Below are positions 17,306 through 20,368 of a stretch of 20,368 nt of DNA, piece by piece (positions within the stretch are counted from its first letter, which is position 1; each line of letters starts with the position of its first letter). The stretch lies in the IMG/VR virus record IMGVR_UViG_2563366803_000006. The stretch is one strand, 5' to 3'. The notes below the pieces were generated by a model. The model searched no databases, was not told the DNA's origin, and saw nothing but the letters and a program-made list of their open reading frames with translations. A program made the translations under genes and the position numbers. This DNA is from a virus. Lineage: Duplodnaviria; Heunggongvirae; Uroviricota; Caudoviricetes.

Positions 17306-18268
17306 GTGAGTTCAGGTGCAAAGGTTATCTCGGCATTTATCCGGGAGACGGTTGCAGGCACTACGCCAGCAAGTGGTGACTGGAGTTTATTAAAACGCAC
17401 AAGCTGGGGAGTAAAACCCACCCAGAATAAAGGCGAAAATAATGAGATTGGTGGCTCCCGGATGGCTCAGGGGGCGACGCCTGGCACTGTGGATGTCGGC
17501 GGTGATGTTGGTACCAAATTTCGCTGGGGTCAACATGATGATTTTCTTGCATCCTGTTTCGGCGCGGAATGGTCAGGCGATTCTCTGACAATGGGGAATG
17601 AGCGAATAACATTTTCTCTGGCGACCTATGCGTCCGATGTCGGAATTGCCTCTGTCGTCAGAGGAGCGCAGGTTGGCTCATGGAAAATGCAGATCCCTAA
17701 CGACGGCGATATTACAGCGACCGTAACCTTTGCCGGACTGGACTGGGAATCAAAGGCCGATGATACGAATTTTATCAAAGGCGAACCTGTGGATAGTGCA
17801 GGAAAGCTACGTTATTCGTTTAAGGAGGTTTCAGCAGTAAGCCTGAATGGTGTTGCCGGAGGTAACGGTTTTTGTATCGACAGTTTTGATATTCAGTTCG
17901 ATAACAAACTCCAGACACAGCGTTGTATCGGGACTGGCTCGCCTTATGCAGGAGCAAATATTCCGACTACTTTTACACCGTCCGGTACGGTGACGCTTTC
18001 ATGGTCTAAAGCCGCGTGGGAAATCTGGAGTAAAACACTGACTGGAGAAACAGTTCCGTTCAGCTTCACGCTTTCGAATGGAGAGGGGGCATACACTTTC
18101 AGTTTCCCGAAGGTTCAGGTGTCAGGTGAATGGCCTGATGGGGGTAATAGCGACATTATCCAGGTTCAATTGAGCATTACCGCAGCAGATGAAGCACCTA
18201 CGATAACCAGAAAAAAAAATTCCCCGGCTGCCGTGATCGCAAAAGCCAGTGCTGAGGCGATTAGTTGA
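17306..18268 (+). CDS. Major tail (tube) protein (putative)
   Basis: 320 aa from GTG 17306 with strong SD AGGAGG upstream; lies immediately before the tail assembly chaperone with frameshift site, as expected for a siphovirus-type tail tube gene. Confidence 0.55.
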   Translation: MSSGAKVISAFIRETVAGTTPASGDWSLLKRTSWGVKPTQNKGENNEIGGSRMAQGATPGTVDVGGDVGTKFRWGQHDDFLASCFGAEWSGDSLTMGNERITFSLATYASDVGIASVVRGAQVGSWKMQIPNDGDITATVTFAGLDWESKADDTNFIKGEPVDSAGKLRYSFKEVSAVSLNGVAGGNGFCIDSFDIQFDNKLQTQRCIGTGSPYAGANIPTTFTPSGTVTLSWSKAAWEIWSKTLTGETVPFSFTLSNGEGAYTFSFPKVQVSGEWPDGGNSDIIQVQLSITAADEAPTITRKKNSPAAVIAKASAEAIS

Positions 18269-18316
18269 TTTTCCGTTATTCCTCCTGTGGTACTGCCCTA
18301 CAGGGGGACGCATTGA

Positions 18317-18778
18317 ATGAGGTTATGGATGTTTATTCTTAATCAGAAAATTATCATTGGTGGAGAACGCTGGTTTACGCCAATGAAGGACTTAAAACCT
18401 GTAGACGGGTTAAAACTGTTGGTGGCAAGCAGCGATAACGATCAGTATCGCTCCCGTAATGCATTAATCCGTCGCCACATTGAGAAAATGGATGCCAGTT
18501 TGCACGTCGGAACGAAGGAGTTTGATATTTCAAAGGTTTCCGAGGTGGATTCTGTTGATGATTTACTCATTGATAATGCCGCTCGTTATCTGCTGAAAGA
18601 CTGGAAAGGGGTTGGTGAACTGGTTAATGGTGTTGAGGTTGCACTGGAATATACGGCAGAACGAGGGATCGCGCTGCTCAAGCAGAATCCAGAGTTGTAC
18701 TGGCAGATCCTTGCAGAAGCAGCCAGCATCGCCCAGGGTAAAGAGCAGCAGAAGCAGGATACGATAAAAAAGCCATAG
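18317..18778 (+). CDS. Tail assembly chaperone (gpG-like)
   Basis: 153-codon ORF ending ...TIKKP with slippery heptamer A_AAA_AAG (18766-18772) 4 nt before the stop. In-frame alternative starts at 18329 and 18383. Confidence 0.6.
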   Translation: MRLWMFILNQKIIIGGERWFTPMKDLKPVDGLKLLVASSDNDQYRSRNALIRRHIEKMDASLHVGTKEFDISKVSEVDSVDDLLIDNAARYLLKDWKGVGELVNGVEVALEYTAERGIALLKQNPELYWQILAEAASIAQGKEQQKQDTIKKP

Positions 18779-18935
18779 CTGCCCAGCGGTGGTTATCGGA
18801 GTTCGGGGGAGAAAGGGGGGAAAAGGCAAGATGGAAGCGAGAAAAACTCAGGTTGCCACCGATACCGGAACCAGAAATAGACCCGGTGCTTAAGGAGTTG
18901 TTGTACGCCTATTCGGTAATATCCCGTGCCCGACG
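18766..18935 (+). pseudogene. -1 programmed frameshift extension of the tail assembly chaperone (gpGT-like), truncated by IS1 copy 2
   Basis: From the slippery site the -1 frame is open for about 55 codons (KKAIAAQRWLSEFGGERGEKARWKREKLRLPPIPEPEIDPVLKELLYAYSVISRARR) right up to the IS1 boundary at 18935. Confidence 0.55.
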
Positions 18936-18990
18936 GGTGATGCTGCCAACTTACTGATTTAGTGTATGATGGTGTTTTTGAGGTGCTCCA

Positions 18991-19266
18991 GTGGCTTCTG
19001 TTTCTATCAGCTGTCCCTCCTGTTCAGCTACTGACGGGGTGGTGCGTAACGGCAAAAGCACCGCCGGACATCAGCGCTATCTCTGCTCTCACTGCCGTAA
19101 AACATGGCAACTGCAGTTCACTTACACCGCTTCTCAACCCGGTACGCACCAGAAAATCATAGATATGGCCATGAATGGCGTTGGATGCCGGGCAACAGCC
19201 CGCATTATGGGCGTTGGCCTCAACACGATTTTACGTCACTTAAAAAACTCAGGCCGCAGTCGGTAA
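18991..19266 (+). CDS. insA: IS1 InsA
   Basis: 91-aa product identical to copy 1 InsA; both nucleotide differences are synonymous in this frame. Confidence 0.95.
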
Positions 19267-19688
19267 CCTCGCGCATACAGCCGGGCAGTGACGTCATCGT
19301 CTGCGCGGAAATGGACGAACAGTGGGGCTATGTCGGGGCTAAATCGCGCCAGCGCTGGCTGTTTTACGCGTATGACAGGCTCCGGAAGACGGTTGTTGCG
19401 CACGTATTCGGTGAACGCACTATGGCGACGCTGGGGCGTCTTATGAGCCTGCTGTCACCCTTTGACGTGGTGATATGGATGACGGATGGCTGGCCGCTGT
19501 ATGAATCCCGCCTGAAGGGAAAGCTGCACGTAATCAGCAAGCGATATACGCAGCGAATTGAGCGGCATAACCTGAATCTGAGGCAGCACCTGGCACGGCT
19601 GGGACGGAAGTCGCTGTCGTTTTCAAAATCGGTGGAGCTGCATGACAAAGTCATCGGGCATTATCTGAACATAAAACACTATCAATAA
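19185..19688 (+). CDS. insB: IS1 InsB frame (InsAB' by -1 frameshift)
   Basis: Corresponds to copy 1 coordinates 1215-1718; A6C motif at 19242-19248. In this copy the B frame stays open further upstream (to 19104) because TGA is replaced by AGA. Confidence 0.9.
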
Positions 19689-19703
19689 GTTGGAGTCATT
19701 ACC

Positions 19704-20368
19704 CTGTTGATTTAACCCTTACAAAACAATCAGGGACTGGCAATCGTTTTGTTTTACAGAACTCAGGTAATGCAGAACTACCGTTTTCTGTCAGGGTGTG
19801 GGGTTCCAGTACTCGACAAAACGTTTTTGAGGTTGGCACGTCTGCTGCGTATCTGTTTTATGCGCAAAAAACGTCAGCAGGCCAGTTGTTTGATGTAAAT
19901 GGCGCTATTAATTGCACAACGCTGAATCAGTCATCAGACCGCGACCTTAAAGACGATATTCTCGTTATCAGCGACGCGACGAAAGCAATCCGTAAAATGA
20001 ACGGATACACCTACACGCTCAGGGAAAACGGGATGCCTTATGCTGGCGTTATTGCACAGGAAGTAATGGAGGCGATACCAGAAGCTGTGGGATCGTTTAC
20101 TCATTATGGTGAAGAGTTGCAAGGTCCGACCGTTGACGGCAACGAGCTACGCGAAGAAACGCGCTATCTTAATGTTGACTACGCCGCCGTGACGGGCTTA
20201 CTTGTTCAGTTCGCCCGTGAAACAGATGATCGCGTTACCGCGCTGGAAGAGGAAAACACAACGCTACGTCAAAATCTGGCAACAGCAGACACCCGGATCA
20301 GCACTCTGGAAAATCAGGTAAGCGAACTGGTTGCACTTGTCCGGCAGTTAACAGGAAGCGAACATTGA
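19704..20368 (+). pseudogene. 3' fragment of a tail fibre/tailspike gene with C-terminal intramolecular chaperone (peptidase S74-type) domain
   Basis: Frame open from the IS1 boundary (codons from 19706) to TGA at 20366-20368. Translation contains SDRDLKDDI...YTYTL...GVIAQEVMEAIPEAV, matching the autoproteolytic chaperone domain pattern, then a coiled-coil tail. No start codon context at the 5' end. Confidence 0.7.

Larger units (their letters stand above)
18936..19703 (+). mobile_element. IS1: IS1 insertion sequence, copy 2 (768 bp)
   Basis: 768 bp, same orientation as copy 1; inverted repeats at 18936-18958 and 19681-19703; differs from copy 1 at two positions (19161 A vs T, 19197 A vs T). 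Confidence 0.97.

Overview
This 20.4-kb window is a degraded lambdoid prophage late region, cut and bracketed by two direct IS1 copies. The trkG gene and its neighbours match the Rac-type arrangement as I recall it, which is an inference from memory. Left of IS1 copy 1 (966-1733) is a minus-strand tyrosine integrase (1-930) whose reading frame runs open into the IS1 end. Between the IS1 copies (1734-18935, 17,202 bp) lie: a tRNA-Thr(UGU)/tRNA-Gly(UCC) pair; a ~0.8-kb ORF-free leader with a strong intrinsic terminator; a lysis cassette (dual-start pinholin, an inserted unknown gene pair, SAR endolysin, Rz with embedded Rz1); an AT-rich trkG K+ transporter moron; a ParB-like nuclease gene coupled to a putative GT-A-type transferase gene; and a head-tail module (small HTH gene, long TerS, TerL, portal, head morphogenesis protein, scaffold, major capsid, connector/neck proteins, major tail protein, tail assembly chaperone). 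The chaperone has a canonical A_AAA_AAG -1 frameshift site whose extension ORF is cut by IS1 copy 2 (18936-19703). Right of copy 2 is the 3' ~220 codons of a tail fibre gene with an S74-type intramolecular chaperone domain. No rRNA, CRISPR array or recognisable defence operon was found. The most unusual items are the IS1-sculpted architecture (no target-site duplications; early region and tape-measure/tip genes missing), the gene pair between holin and endolysin, the ParB-like/transferase pair, and a TGCGCA hexamer cluster inside terS. All calls are from reading the sequence and recalled family knowledge; no database search was run.
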